Below the pieces are notes generated by a model. It made no database searches. It was given only the letters and a program-made list of their open reading frames with translations, and had not been told where the DNA came from. A stretch of DNA of 64,000 nt from Antedon mediterranea (taxonomy: Eukaryota > Animalia > Echinodermata), in contig NC_092670.1 of NCBI RefSeq assembly GCF_964355755.1, forward strand, positions 22,988,795-23,052,794, given 5' to 3'. A program made the translations under genes and the position numbers. Within the stretch, counting starts at the first letter, position 1; each line of letters begins with the position of its first letter. Shown here piece by piece: positions 38,600 through 51,599 of this stretch.

Positions 38600-40200
38600 A
38601 ATTTTTTTTTTTAAATGATGTAATTTGTTTCTAAATATTTTTATATTTATCGTCAGTGTAATTTGCTGCTGATTAAGATAAATATAAATGTGCATTTGAA
38701 TATTTTTTTTTTTGATAATTAGTGTAATTTATTTGTAATTGAGATAAATTATTAATGTCAATTTAATGATTTTGTATTTATAAATTTGAATGATTTTTTT
38801 GCTAATTACAATACATAATGTAAAGTGTAATAATTGTGTATTATCAGTGTAATTTGTTGGTAAATGAGTTAATTAATGTAAATTTAATAATTGTGTATTT
38901 ATAATCAGTGTAATTTGCTGCTAATTAAGATAAATGTAAATTTTGTATTATAATTTTTTTTATTTTGTTGTTAATTAAAATAATTTAAAATCAGTGTAAA
39001 TGAGTTAAATGAATAATATAAATATATTAATTTTGTATTATATAAATTTATTTAATTATAAATAAAAGAATTCAAATTTATATTAATTATTTATCTTCAT
39101 TATCAATAAATTACACTAATTATAAATACAACATTTAGGTTGCATGAAATATTATATTAGCAGTAAATTACACTGATTATAAACATAAAAACATTAAATT
39201 GACATTAATTTTTTAACTCATTTAGCAACAAGTCACTGATTTTGAGTAGAAAATCATGAAATTTACAATAATTATTTATTTAAAGTAGCACCAAAACTAA
39301 ACTGATTATAAATACAAAATAATATCAATATGTTAAAGGGTGGTCTTACCTGTTATCTCTTTAATTTTGCTTACATTTTATTTAGCCTTAAATATTACCA
39401 AAACAACCACACAATTTGGTAAAAAACAGAAATTATGCATTATAACATCCCCTGAAATTACCTGTTTTTGTTTGACATCGTGTTGTCGTTACACGGAAAT
39501 CAGCATACATTTAATAATTTTGTATTTATAATCAGTGTAATTTGCTGCTAATTTAGATAAACAATTTAAATTTTGTATTATAATCTTTGTACTTTGTTTT
39601 TAATTAAGATAATTTAAAATCAGTAAATTTAATAATCTTGTATTTATAATTGGTGTAATTTGTTGCTAATAAATATTTATTGTAAATTTTGTATATAATT
39701 AGTGTAATTTATTGCTAATTAAGATAAATAAATAATGTAAATTTGAATAATTTTTTTATTTATAATTTGTGTAATTTATTGGTAATTCAGATAAATTATT
39801 GATTTAAATTTAATGATTTTGTATTTATAATAATAATTTTTTTTCGTTTTGCTAATTACAATAGATAATATAAATTGTAATCATGTTGTATAATCAGTGT
39901 AATTTGCTGATGATTAAGATAAATAATGTAAATTTTGTATTTAATCAGTGTAATTTTTAGTTGGTAAATGAGTTAAATTATTAATGTAAATTTGATAATT
40001 TTGTATTAATAATCAGTGTAATTTACTGCTAATTATGATAAATAATGTACTTTTTTTTATTCTTTGTACTTTGTTGTTAATTGAGATAATTTAAATTATT
40101 CTAAATTATTGGTAGGCCTAAATGAGTTAAATGAATAAATAAATGTAAATATAATAATTTTGTATTATAATCGGTGTAATTTGCTGCTAATTAAGATAAA
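38600..40200. repeat. AT-rich degenerate minisatellite (~55-60 bp unit), partly inverted
   Basis: The unit is ATCAGTGTAATTTGCTGCTAATTAAGATAAA...TGTAAATTTAATGATTTTGTATTTATA, with reverse-orientation copies at ~39050-39320. The same repeat occurs at ~41730-42110, 45100-45530, 47080-47930 and 49130-49700. Confidence 0.85.
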
Positions 40201-42482
40201 AAATGAATGTAATGTTTGCCACAAGATAACTATTAAATGCCATTGTGATATGATTTTAATTGTTTTAGTCATTTTTTGATTTTATTCCATTTATGTTAGC
40301 CGTTAGTTCTTACACAGTTATGAGGAAAATGGCTATTCAGCATTGTGGTCATAGGAGGTTACAAGAGTTTTGCAAAATCAGCACATTGTGTAACTTTAGT
40401 TGCAGTTTTATGGTAAAACCTTTTAACTACTCGATAAGCTAAATATTGCAAGTTTTGCTGTGATAGTGTAAAACCAGGTGGGTATAATAAACAAATAGCT
40501 AAAGGTTCAATATTAATCTTACCAATGTCGAAAAAAGCCGACAATGGAAAACGTCATCCAGCCACCAATGGCGAGAAAAGCCGACATGTAGAATGACCTC
40601 ATTCAAATGAGATTTTAGCTAACTTCGTTCACCGAGAATGATTATCCTTGAAATTATCGAATAATCTGATTGTTTGTTACTTCAAAATCATTTTTTATTT
40701 GCTTTAAAAAACTTCTACTGATTCATAATTTATGGCTGCTAATGATGATGACACAGTTGATGAGGTGATCGATATTTTGTTTGCAGATGACAGGGACGAA
40801 AAAGATTTTGAAATCGGGGTACCGCAAACAAACTGGTGCAGAGTTACCGCTGCTTAGTACATCAGCTGTCTTTAGTATTTAACGAATTATTATTAATTAA
40901 TTGGCCATTGTTTTTTTTTTTATGTATTTTAATAAAGGATACATTATTAATAATTGACAATTGTTGTATTCACTTACAACTAAGTATAACACATTTTGTT
41001 TATTTTTATGTAACGATTGTTTTTTTATTCAAGTCATAAATTGAGTCAAATTTTATTTTTTTACAAAACTGCCCAAACTGTTCAAAATTTGTGCATCCGT
41101 GTGCGCCATATTTTAAAAATCTGAACAACAGTTTTCAACTTTCGATAAACAATAATTGTTATAGTGTGACACTCAGCAGCAACGCACAAACTTCTCTCTG
41201 AGCGACGTGCCAAAGACATTGTTGACATTCCATTATGTAGGAAATCAACACGTGTACTTTTCTCGCAAATTAAGTGAACAGTGATGGCCAGGACAAGTTC
41301 ACTAATTGGCGGTGAATAAAAGGTAACTGATATGCCGATCAAATAAAATGCCGTAAATAAAAAAAATTGCGAGAGAATTTGACGACCCCGGTGAACGACC
41401 TCGAAACGGACGACCCATAACACAAAACCGACGACCCCTACAGGCTAGCCTAGGCCTAAGTGTGGTATAACATTCCGAGGCCGAACATAGCCAAAGATCT
41501 TTAAACCATACCTTATATAATACTTGGAAGCAAGCAATTGATTGAAAAAATACATAAATATCGCCATTTGATACTGAATGTGTCGACACGAACAAACGGA
41601 CAGATATGGAATGCAAAGAGTGCATCATTAAAACTGCATTTGACATGTTAAAAATAAATTAAAAAAAGAAAAAAATATGTGGTTGTTTTGATATTGTTTA
41701 AGGCTAAATAAAATGTAAAATAAATTAAACTCAGTGTAATTTGTTGCTAAATAGGTTAAATGGTTAATGTAAAGTTAATGTTTTTATATTTATAATCAGT
41801 TTAATTTGTTGCTAATAAATATTTCATGCAGCCTAAATGTTATATGTATAATTAGTGTAGTTTATTGATAATGAAGTATGGGTTAATTGATTAATGTAAA
41901 GTTAATGTTTGTAAATTTATAATCAGTGTAATTTGCTGCTAATAAATAATTAAATTTGGTATTATAATTAGTGTAATTTATTGGTAATGAAGATAAACAA
42001 TGTAAATTTGAATAATTTTTTGTATTTATAATTAGTGTAATTTATTGATAATTTAAATAAATTATTAATGTCAATTTAATGATTTTTTATTTATAATCTG
42101 CAATTTTTTTTGCAAATTACAAAACACCCTTTTTTAATCAAATTTTTAACTTGAAGGCATCATCAAAATGTAATATAAAGATAGCAATTTAAATCTTAAA
42201 TTATTTTGTGGTGCAACCTAGCATAGTTTTTTTTTTCATTGCTAGTCACCATATCGGGTAATATTTTGGATATATTTTACGTTGTGATTGGACATTTAGT
42301 TACTGCTGTTTTTGGTAATGACTGAACATGCGCACTTTATTGTTATATTGATCATTTGATTGGTTAAAAAATGTCATGCGCAAAAGTTGAGGTATAGTAG
42401 TACACGTAGCTAGTTAGGTAGTTAGTTGGAAAGAAAGTCAATGTAAAGCCAAGGTGTATGTATCATGATTGTGGAGAGAGGG

Positions 42483-44284
42483 ATGTCGAAAATACGTAAA
42501 TTGTATATACACTAGTCGAAAAATTTGAACGGAGGGAATCTTCCAAGAAGGAGCGGAGATCTTCGGTGTTGGTTCAGTGTTCGAATGTGGCGATACCAAG
42601 TAAAGTATTGGTATATAAATGAGACCGAAGGTGTAGGCCTAGTTGCAGAACGATTATTCATGTTAGAAGTTGAAAGAAAAGTTATGAACCGAAGTTAAAT
42701 CAAGTCTTAATAATAATTGGTTGACACATCTAAGGTATGCAATTATTATTAATGTATATTTTTTGTTATTATAGGCCTACCTAGGCCTATATTTGTTTAT
42801 TTAATTTACAAAAGTGCCATTTATTTGTTATTTATTAGGTCCTAGGCCACGTCTAGGCCTATGCCTATATGTTAATATAAAATAAAATCAGTTAAAAAGT
42901 TAAGACGGTACCTAAAAATATACTTATCCATGTTAACAATTATAATAGTTTAATACAATGTCATTTAATAAGATTTAGAAACCAGTTGATATAAATAATT
43001 GAATAATAAACAGACGTTAAATTAAAGGAATAGGGAGTAATTAATTGGTTTTTTTAAAAATTAATTTACTCAGTTATTTAATAATTAAAAATTTGAGGGG
43101 AAGGACATTTCAGTCTTGACATTTGTAATATCCGGTGTTTATTTAAACTTTGTCATCATGAAATTTGCAATTTGTAGACTAGCTAGTTGTAGGCCATTGG
43201 TAGGCCTAGAGGCCTATATAGGCTATATAACATTAAAATAAAATTTAAATTGATAAAATTAGAATTGAATTATAATAATGGTTATGCCCATATTGTGATC
43301 TCAGTATAATTGTAAACTCTGAGTCGTATGATTTTTTTTTAATAAATAACATTTTCTGATGTTTTTTCATTAAGTAAAGTAAGAAATGACCAACCTGTGT
43401 GGTAGGTCTAGGCCTATATACATATTTTGTTTTAATGATTATTTTTCTTTTGTGTTAATAGGTTTTTACAAATATTGCTGATTTTAATGTCAATATGGAA
43501 GTTGTTCGTAATTTTGTCAGATTACCGACGGTGTCAATGTCAACAGCTAGGGGAAGCCCGAAGAAAACGAGAATGGGACATTAATGAAGGTAACATTTTT
43601 TCTTTATTTAAGCTAGGCCTAGGCTTATAGCACAGTTATGAACGGCGCTAGTTTCGTTTCGTACCTGAACTTTATTTCGACTCCAAATTTGTTAAGGAAC
43701 TTTATCCTGAATACCACACCTTTGAATTAAACCTCATATATGCTTTTACGATGTGGAGTTATAGAAAAAGTAACAAATAAATCCTTTAAATTGATGAATT
43801 TTAAATACGACGTGTTTCTCGCACACGGTTTGTCAATTTTTGCATATTGACGTTTTTATGGAGCGCCAAAATAGCAACTATAATAGAAGACTAAAAGTCA
43901 GTGAAATGTGTATAGGCAATTTAAGGCAAAAATAATCAAAATGGTTGCTTTTGGTTAAGATGCGGAAATTTTTGTTTCTTTTATTTTTTATGGAAGTGAT
44001 TACTTCATTAAAACTAGAGTCTGATGATAATAACCTTTTTTTTTTTTAATAATTTTTCATGTATTTGGGGGACAATGCATCTTTAAAATATTATGTTTTA
44101 TATCTATTTTGATTATTATAATGATTGTTTTGATTGCAGGTATCCTGTTGACATGTTAATGGAAAATGATGCTGTATTACACATATCAGAAGATCTACAC
44201 TTTGATTTCAATGTTAATTTGCCATGTCGTGTGAATTATTCTGCCAATAGTTTTGGGTGTATTACCGATATTCAATTTTTGTAA
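42483..44284 (+). pseudogene. Direct duplicate of the OB-fold gene, inactivated
   Basis: Exon 1 (42483-42734) has indels, and exon 2 (43462-43589) has a short deletion. Exons 3-4 are removed by a deletion joining intron 2 to intron 4 at ~43912. Exon 5 (44140-44284) is intact. The promoter and 3' flank are duplicated as well. Confidence 0.85.
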
Positions 44285-44499
44285 GGTAACAATTATTTGC
44301 AAGTTTGTTTTAATGCATTTTTATTTTATATATTTGTTGAAAAGTAAATTTAATGATTTTGTACGTAAAATCATTAAATTTACTTTCATTATTTATTAAT
44401 ATACTGAATTAACATTGGTTATTTAATAGACATATATGATAATCTTATTTACAAAATATACAATGCTAATTAATATTTTAAAAAAGTAATAAAGGAAAT

Positions 44500-44945
44500 A
44501 GATACCTACAACACTGTTGAAGGGTAGTTCTTAACTCCTTTTTTTCCATTATAAGTGCTGATATTGTTAATTTGATTTGTCATAGCACCAGACACACCCA
44601 AGGCTGCTCCCCCCCCCCCCACACATAACTACGTCGATACAATTAAGTAGGCTAATGCCTAATGTAAACACCTTTTTTATATTTTGGTGTTTCATAGGGT
44701 ATACATTAATTGCATACCTTAGATTTGTTTGTCAACCTCTACGAATTATTATCAAGGCTCGGTTTAACTTCGGTTATCATAACCTTCCTTCCCACTTCTA
44801 ACATGAATAAGCGTTTTGCTACTACACGGGTACTACACCTTCTGTCTCATTTATATAGCAATTTTTTACTTTGGTATTATTACTTTAAATTACTGAACCA
44901 ACACTAAATATCTCCGCTCCTTCGAGATTTTCCCTCCGTTCAAAT
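44500..44945 (-). pseudogene. Second inverted exon 1 plus exon 3 fragment
   Basis: It is a paralog of 38025-38450 and lies in the same position relative to exon 5. Confidence 0.8.
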
Positions 44946-45849
44946 TTGTTAATTATAACTTTATCAATTTAAATGTTTAAAAAACAATATTATTATAAAC
45001 CAACTAACCTATAAAGTTTAATAAACATTGGATTTTAAAAATATGAAGTCTGAAATGTCGCTCCCTGCAAATTTTTAAGTAATCAATTTCAGTAAATTAA
45101 TTTTTTTTTAAATGATGTAATTTGTTTCTAAATGAGGTAAATGATTAATGTAAATTTAATATTTTAATATTTATAGTCAGTGTAATTTGCTGCTAATTAA
45201 GATAAAAATGTACATTTGAATATTTTTTTTTTTTTGATAATTAGTTTAATTTATTTGTAATTGAGATAAATTATTAATGTCAATTTAATGATTTTGTATT
45301 TATAATTGGTGAATTTTATTGCTAATTGTAATACATTATGTAAAGTGTAATAATAATGGTGTATTATCAGTGTAATTTGTTGATAAATGAGTTAATTAAT
45401 GTAAATTTAATAATTGTGTATTTATAATCAGTGTAATTTGCTGCTAATTAAGATAAATAATGTATATTTTGTGTTATAATCTTTGTACTTTGTTGTTAAT
45501 TAAGATAATTTAAAATCAGTGTAAATTATTGTTAGTCATAGCAGCCGACACTCTGGAGGCTGCTTCTTCCCACATAACTATGTCGATACATCACTATGTC
45601 ATACAAGGCAATAAATACATTTTTTTGTTTCTTGAAATCGTAACATGTGATGGTAAAACTGATGCTATATTATATATATTTGGGTTTCCTTTAATTATAT
45701 AATTAATTATATTAATAAATAATAGTTTATAATTGAATATATACATCTGGTGAATGTTTTATATCGACATAGACGTAGGCCTAATAACAAATAAATGGTA
45801 CTTTTGTATATTAAATAAACAATTATAATAACAAAAAATATACATTAAT

Positions 45850-46870
45850 TGCATACATTAGATTTGTCAACCTCAATGAATTATTATCAAGACTTGGTTT
45901 AACTTTGGTTATCATAACTTTTCTTCCCACTTCTAACATGAATAATCGTTCTGCTACTACACTTTCGGTATCATTTTTATAGCAATTCCTTACTTCGGTA
46001 TCACCACATTCGAACACTGAACCAACACCGAAGGAATTTCCCCCCCCCCCCCTGGAAGACTCCCTCTGTTTCAAATTTTTAGATTATAATTTCATCTATT
46101 TAAATGTTTAAAAAAGTGATGCACAGATTCTATTTTATCAACATAGACATAGTCCTAATAACAAATAAATGGCACTTTTGTAAATTAAATAAGCAATTAT
46201 ATTAACAAAAAATATACATTAATTGCATACCTTAGATTTGTCTGTCAACCTTAACGAATTATTACCAAGGATTGGTTTCACTTCGGTTATCATAACCTTT
46301 GTTCCTACTTCTAACATGAATAACCTTTCTGTTCCTACACTTTCTGTATCATTTATATAGCAATTCCTTAATTCGGTATCACCACATTCGAACACTGAAC
46401 CAACACCGAAGGAATTCCCCCCCCCCCCCCTTGGAAGACTCCCTCTGTTTCAAATTTTTAGACTATTTAAATGTTTAAAAAAGTGATGCACAGATTCTAT
46501 TTTATCAACATAGACATAGGCCTAATAATAAATAAATGGCACTTTTGTAAATTAAATAAGCAATTATATTAACACAAAATATACATTAATTGTATAACTT
46601 AGATTTGTCTTTGAACCTCGATGAATTATTATCAAGACTTGGTTTAACTTCGGTTATCATAACTTTTCTTCCGATCTCTAACATGAATAATCGTTTTGCT
46701 AGTACACCTTCTGTCTCATTTATATAGCAATGTTTTACTTTGATATCATTATATTTCATTACTGAACCAACACCGAAGAATCTCCGCCCCTTAGAAGACT
46801 CCCTCCGTTCAAATTTTTCGACTACCGTAATTTCGACATCCTTTCGACAACACCTTGACTTTACATTGAC
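45850..46870 (-). pseudogene. Three tandem (~370 bp period) inverted copies of OB-fold gene exon 1
   Basis: ORFs 45823..46074 and 46586..47032 and the intervening copy (~46225-46455) all encode ...GVGSV.ECGDTEVRNCY.NDTE...FMLEVG.KVMITEVKPSL.NNS..., each with the start of intron 1. Confidence 0.85.
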
Positions 46871-47929
46871 TTTCATTGAATTTTTGATTATAAGTTTATC
46901 AATTTCAATGTTTAAAAAACAATATGTTATAAACCATACAACTAGCCCACAAATTGGAAATTTCATGATGAAAAAGTTTAAATAAACACTGTATTTTAAA
47001 AATGTCAACACTGAAATGTCTTTCCTCTCCAATTTTTAATTAACAATCAGTTCGAGTAAATTAGTAAAAAAAAAAATTGATGTAATTTTGTTGTTAAATG
47101 ATTAATGTAAATTTAATATTTTTATATTTATAATCAGTGTCATTTATTGCTAATTAAGATTAATAATTAATGTAAATTTGAATATTTTTAAACATTTATA
47201 ATTAGTGTAATTTATTGGTAATTCAGTTAAATTATTAATGTAAATTTAATGATTTTGTATTTATAATTGGTGAATTTTTTTGCTAATTACAATATAGAAT
47301 GTAAAGTGTAATAATGTGTATTATCACTGTAATTTGTTGGTAAATGAGTTAATGTAAATTTAATATTTTCGTATTTTTATTGGTGTAATTTGCTGCTAAT
47401 TAAGATAAACAATGTGAATTTTGTATTATAATTTTTGTACTTTGTTGTTAATTAAGATAATTTAAAATCAGTGTAATTTGTTGGTAAATGAGTTAAATGA
47501 AAAATATAAATATAATAATTTTGCTAATTGAGATAAATTATTAATCTAAATTTAATGATTTTGTATTTATAATCGGTGATTTTTTTAAAAATTACAATAG
47601 ATAATGTAAAGTGTAATCATTTTGTATAATCACTGTAATTTGCTGCTAATCAAGATGTAAAGTTTGTATTATTAATCTTTGTACTTTGTTGCTAATTAAA
47701 AATGATTTAAATTAGTGTAAATTGTTGGTAAATGAGTTAAATGAATAATATAAATATACTTATGTTATATTTACAATCAGTGTAATTTGCTGCTAATTAA
47801 GATATTTTAAAATTAGTTTAATTTGTTGTTTGTTGAGTTAAATAAATAATATAAATATAGGCCTAATAATGTTGTATTTATAATCGGTGTAATTTGCTGC
47901 TAATTAAGATAAATAATTAATGTGCTGTT

Positions 47930-49030
47930 TGCTACAAGATACCTATTAAATGTGATTATGATATGATTTATTTGTTTTAGTCGTTTTTTTTAATTTTATG
48001 TAAGCCGTTAGTTGTGGTCATTATGTTACAAAAGTTTTGCGAAATCAGCACATCGAGGGGCGCGTCAATAGGCTTGTGTAACTTTAGTTACGTTGCAGTT
48101 CTATTGTAAAACCTTTTAACGACCCGATAAGCTAACAATTGGAAGTTTTGCTGAGAAAACCGGTTGGGTATAATAATAAAAAAGGAGTTAATGGTTCAAT
48201 ATCAAGTTCTTTAATAGTGTTTGATAAAAGGGGCAGATGCTTTTTTTTTTTGGAGTGTTGACAAAGTGCGTGGTATGCGAGGCATCATGTTATCATTTCC
48301 AAAAGTGCGAGGCATAGTTTACAATTTCAAAAAGGTGCGAGGCATATCCTCTATTATGCTATATTATAGGCCTAAATAATCAATTGTTTATATTTTTATA
48401 ATAGGCCTAGGGTATCTAAACAGATTCGTGTATATACTAATCACGTTGTTTATTTTTATGTAACGATTGTTACATATTCATTGTGTCAAATTTTACTTTT
48501 ACAATTTTACTTTTACAAAAGTGCCGAACTGTTCAAAAGTTGTGCATCTGTATGCGTGATATTTTAAAAATCTGAACGACAGTCTTCAACTTTCAATAAA
48601 CAATAAGCGACACTCATCAATTGACTGCCATGGTTGTTGATATTTCGAGCGTGTGTAATTTACAAATTGATTACAATCGATTTAACATGTGTTTCAAACA
48701 TAGCAGAGTTAAAATCATATTTGTCTCACCCCGGTAGATCGGAGAGATAGAAAATCCCTCCCTGAGAGGATTCGGCCTTGTGGCGATTCCTCTCCTATAG
48801 CACGTGGTTTCAGAACCAACGCACAGCCTTTTCTCTGAGCGGCGTGCCAAAGACATTTTTGACATTCCATTGTCTAGGAAATCAACACGTGTACCTCTCT
48901 TGCAAATAAAGTGAACAGCGATTGCCAGGACAAGTTCAATAACTAGCGGTGAATAAAAGGTAACTGATATGCCGATCAAATAACATGCCGCAAAGAAAAA
49001 AAACTGCGAGAGAATTCTGGAACGTGTGTG
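47930..49030 (+). repeat. Diverged duplicate of ~40200-41390
   Basis: Shared blocks include AAATCAGCACAT, GTAAAACCTTTTAAC, TGTAACGATTGT and CTCTGAGCG.CGTGCCAAAGACATT...GGTAACTGATATGCCGATCAAATAA. Confidence 0.8.
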
Positions 49031-50099
49031 AAAAAGACTTACGCCCGACAACTAGGCCTAAAATTAAACTTTAGCTAATAATGCCTAATACTAACCTAGA
49101 CCACTCTTCAACATATTGATATTATTTAATTTTGTATTTAGTTTAATTTGGTGTTAGTTAAAATAAATAATTAATGTAAATTTAATGATTTTGTACTTAA
49201 AGTCAGTGTAAATTGCTAAATGAGTTAAATGTTTTTATATTTATAATCAGTGTAATTTGCGGCTAATAAATATTTAATGTAGCCTTAATTTTATATTTAT
49301 AATTAGTGTCATTTATTGGTAATGAAGATAAATAATTTATATAAATTTAAAAAAATGTTTTTTTTATTGGTAGGCTAATTGAGATAAATTGTTAATGTCA
49401 ATTTAATGATTTTGTAATGTATAATTGGTGAATTTTTTTGCTAATTGTAATAATACATTATGTAAAGTGTAATATTTAATTTTGTATTATCAGTGTGTTG
49501 GTAAATATGAAAATATATAATGTACGTAAATTTGGTATTATAATCAGTGTAATTTGCTGCTAATTAAGATATTTTAAAATCAGTTTAATTTGTTGTTGTT
49601 TGTTGAGTTAAATAAACAATATAAATATAGGCCTAATAATGTTGTATTTATAATCGGTGTAATTTACTGCTAATTATGATGAATAATTAATGTACTGTTT
49701 GCTACAAGACAAGTATTAAATGTCATTATGATATGATTTAATTGTTTTAGTCGTTTTTTTATATTTTATTGCATTTTATGTAAGTTGTTAGTCCTTATGG
49801 GATGGCAAAATCAGCATTGTAGTTGTCAAGAGTTGTCAAAACAACAATGCAATATATATTTTTTATTAAATGATTTGCATAAAATCAAAAATAGAATTTA
49901 ATATGTTGTTAGCATGAATTTGATAACATTTTTTTTTTCATGAAAACACAACCTTGATCTATGGTGGCGCCCTATCGGATGGACAATCAGAGCCATAATA
50001 TGCTCTGTGGACAATATTACTGGTACAGCGAAAACCGCGGATTATTCGTTTGTGATTATTATATATTTTGGTAGGCCTACGTACCACCTCCATATATCA

Positions 50100-50385
50100 C
50101 TTGATGACGTCATGATACCAGATAGACAACATGAATTCATATCTACAATTCAACAACTTCCATATTAAATTTTAATCATGTGGGTAACTTTTCATTCCGA
50201 TTAGATCTAAACAGATTAAAATATACTGTATAGATAAAATTAAGCAACTCATGTTATTCTAATTTTTTTATAATGAGGTAATGAAAATTTAAAAATGTTT
50301 AACATGTGAAGGAAAATTGATTTCTGTGGAACATTAATTTTGTTTTCAATAGAAATTTAGCGCACGATATAAATTAAAACTTTTA
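50100..50385 (-). mobile_element. Decayed internal fragment of the array element family (long-variant type)
   Basis: TGATGACGTCA...ACATGAATTCATATCTACAATTCAA...TTTTAATCATG...TACTGTATAGAT...ATAGAAATTTAGCGCACGATATAAATT aligns by eye with 6280-6510 and with the ATAGAAAGTTAGCGCATGATATAAATT landmark. Confidence 0.65.
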
Positions 50386-51165
50386 TGGTGAAAGTGTGGT
50401 GAATTGTGTCTCGGTCTACAGCATTGTGTTAGTTTTGGCGACGATTGCGTGCCATATTAGTGAAGAACAACGTGGTTACACCTCCATGTTGGATTTGTAA
50501 TATTATAGCCTAGTATTGCTCCCGATATTGCTTCGCAATTTTATGTGCTAAAACGAACATATAGCCTATATTACAAAAAGTTTAAACACAATTGTGTTAA
50601 ATATAATAGTAAGAAATAGGTAAGATATATTTTGCTTAATTTGGATTGTTGATTTGTAATAAACTAATATTTAATTGTTTTTGTGTTCGCCATCAAAATG
50701 AAATGGCGTAGGCCTAGCCGTGTCCCGGATTACCTCTTCTTCAGGAAGGTCTAGACCTAGCCTAGGTTTAGTTGTACAGTACTGTAGTAGAGGCATATAA
50801 TGGCGCTAGCCTAGTTCCATTTTGCATCTGGCTTATAATGGCCTGGGTTTAGGCTAGTCTATAGTAGTACTAGTAGGCCCTTAGTAGTGTAGGTCAATTC
50901 AGTTCACTTCTTCACCTGTCTTATGTCATTATATATGTTTGTCTTGTAGTTGTTGGAAGAGATACAAGTATAGTACAGTAATAACATTATTGTTTCTACA
51001 GTACTTCATAATCTCTAGAATATCGTAAATAGTGAACATAAAATAAATAATTTGTAGAGATGATTTATGGTCTCATGATTGGGAGTGAAGTGTTGCCTGT
51101 TATTTTGTAGGCATGAACAATTTACATAATTCAGATTTTATTGTTTGTGATCAAACTATTAAATG

Positions 51166-51596
51166 AACGTTATGTCTAAAGATACCGTACCGTATCCATA
51201 CTTTTAAAAACTAAAGGTACGGTAATTATAGAGGGCGCTATGTAATATGGATGTTAATCAAATAGGTTATTGCATTGGTTTTCTGCAAGTCAGCTGTGTA
51301 GCCTAGCGGGCATGTGATGAGGCTTTGGCTTAAGGGGTTGGAGGTTCGATACTCTTCTTGACGTCCTTTTTTTTAATTTTTTTTTTTAGTTTTTAATTTA
51401 AGAGAGATTATTAAGAGGGTTAGGTTTTTAATATTTAGGAAGGAGTTTAATATTTAGGAACGAGTTTTATATTTAGGTACAAGTTTTAGGAATGCAATTT
51501 TACCGTACTTTTATCAAACGGAAGCGCCCTCTATAATTACTGTATCTTTAGTTTTTAAAAGCATGGATACGGTACCGTATCTTTAGCAATGGCGTT
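51166..51596. mobile_element. 431-bp MITE with ~65-75 bp TIRs, an AAATG flanking duplication and an internal tRNA-like Pol III cassette
   Basis: The left TIR CTAAAGATACCGTACCGTATCCAT...TAATTATAGAGGGCGCT has an inverted copy at 51523-51586. AAATG lies on both sides (51161, 51597), and the empty site TATTAAATGAAATT is seen in neighbouring repeat units. An A box TAGCCTAGCGG and a B box GGTTCGATACT followed by a T-run are at 51289-51372. Confidence 0.8.
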
Positions 51597-51599
51597 AAA

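Noticed and set aside
41082-41646. Minus-strand ORFs 41082..41423 and 41302..41646, and paralog 48671..49051, as genes
   Set aside because: The similarity reflects DNA duplication. Starts and ends differ between copies and no domain is recognisable.
48265-48350. Three GTGCGAGGCAT-like direct repeats
   Set aside because: They are too short and lack definable ends, so they are probably a fragment of another repeat.
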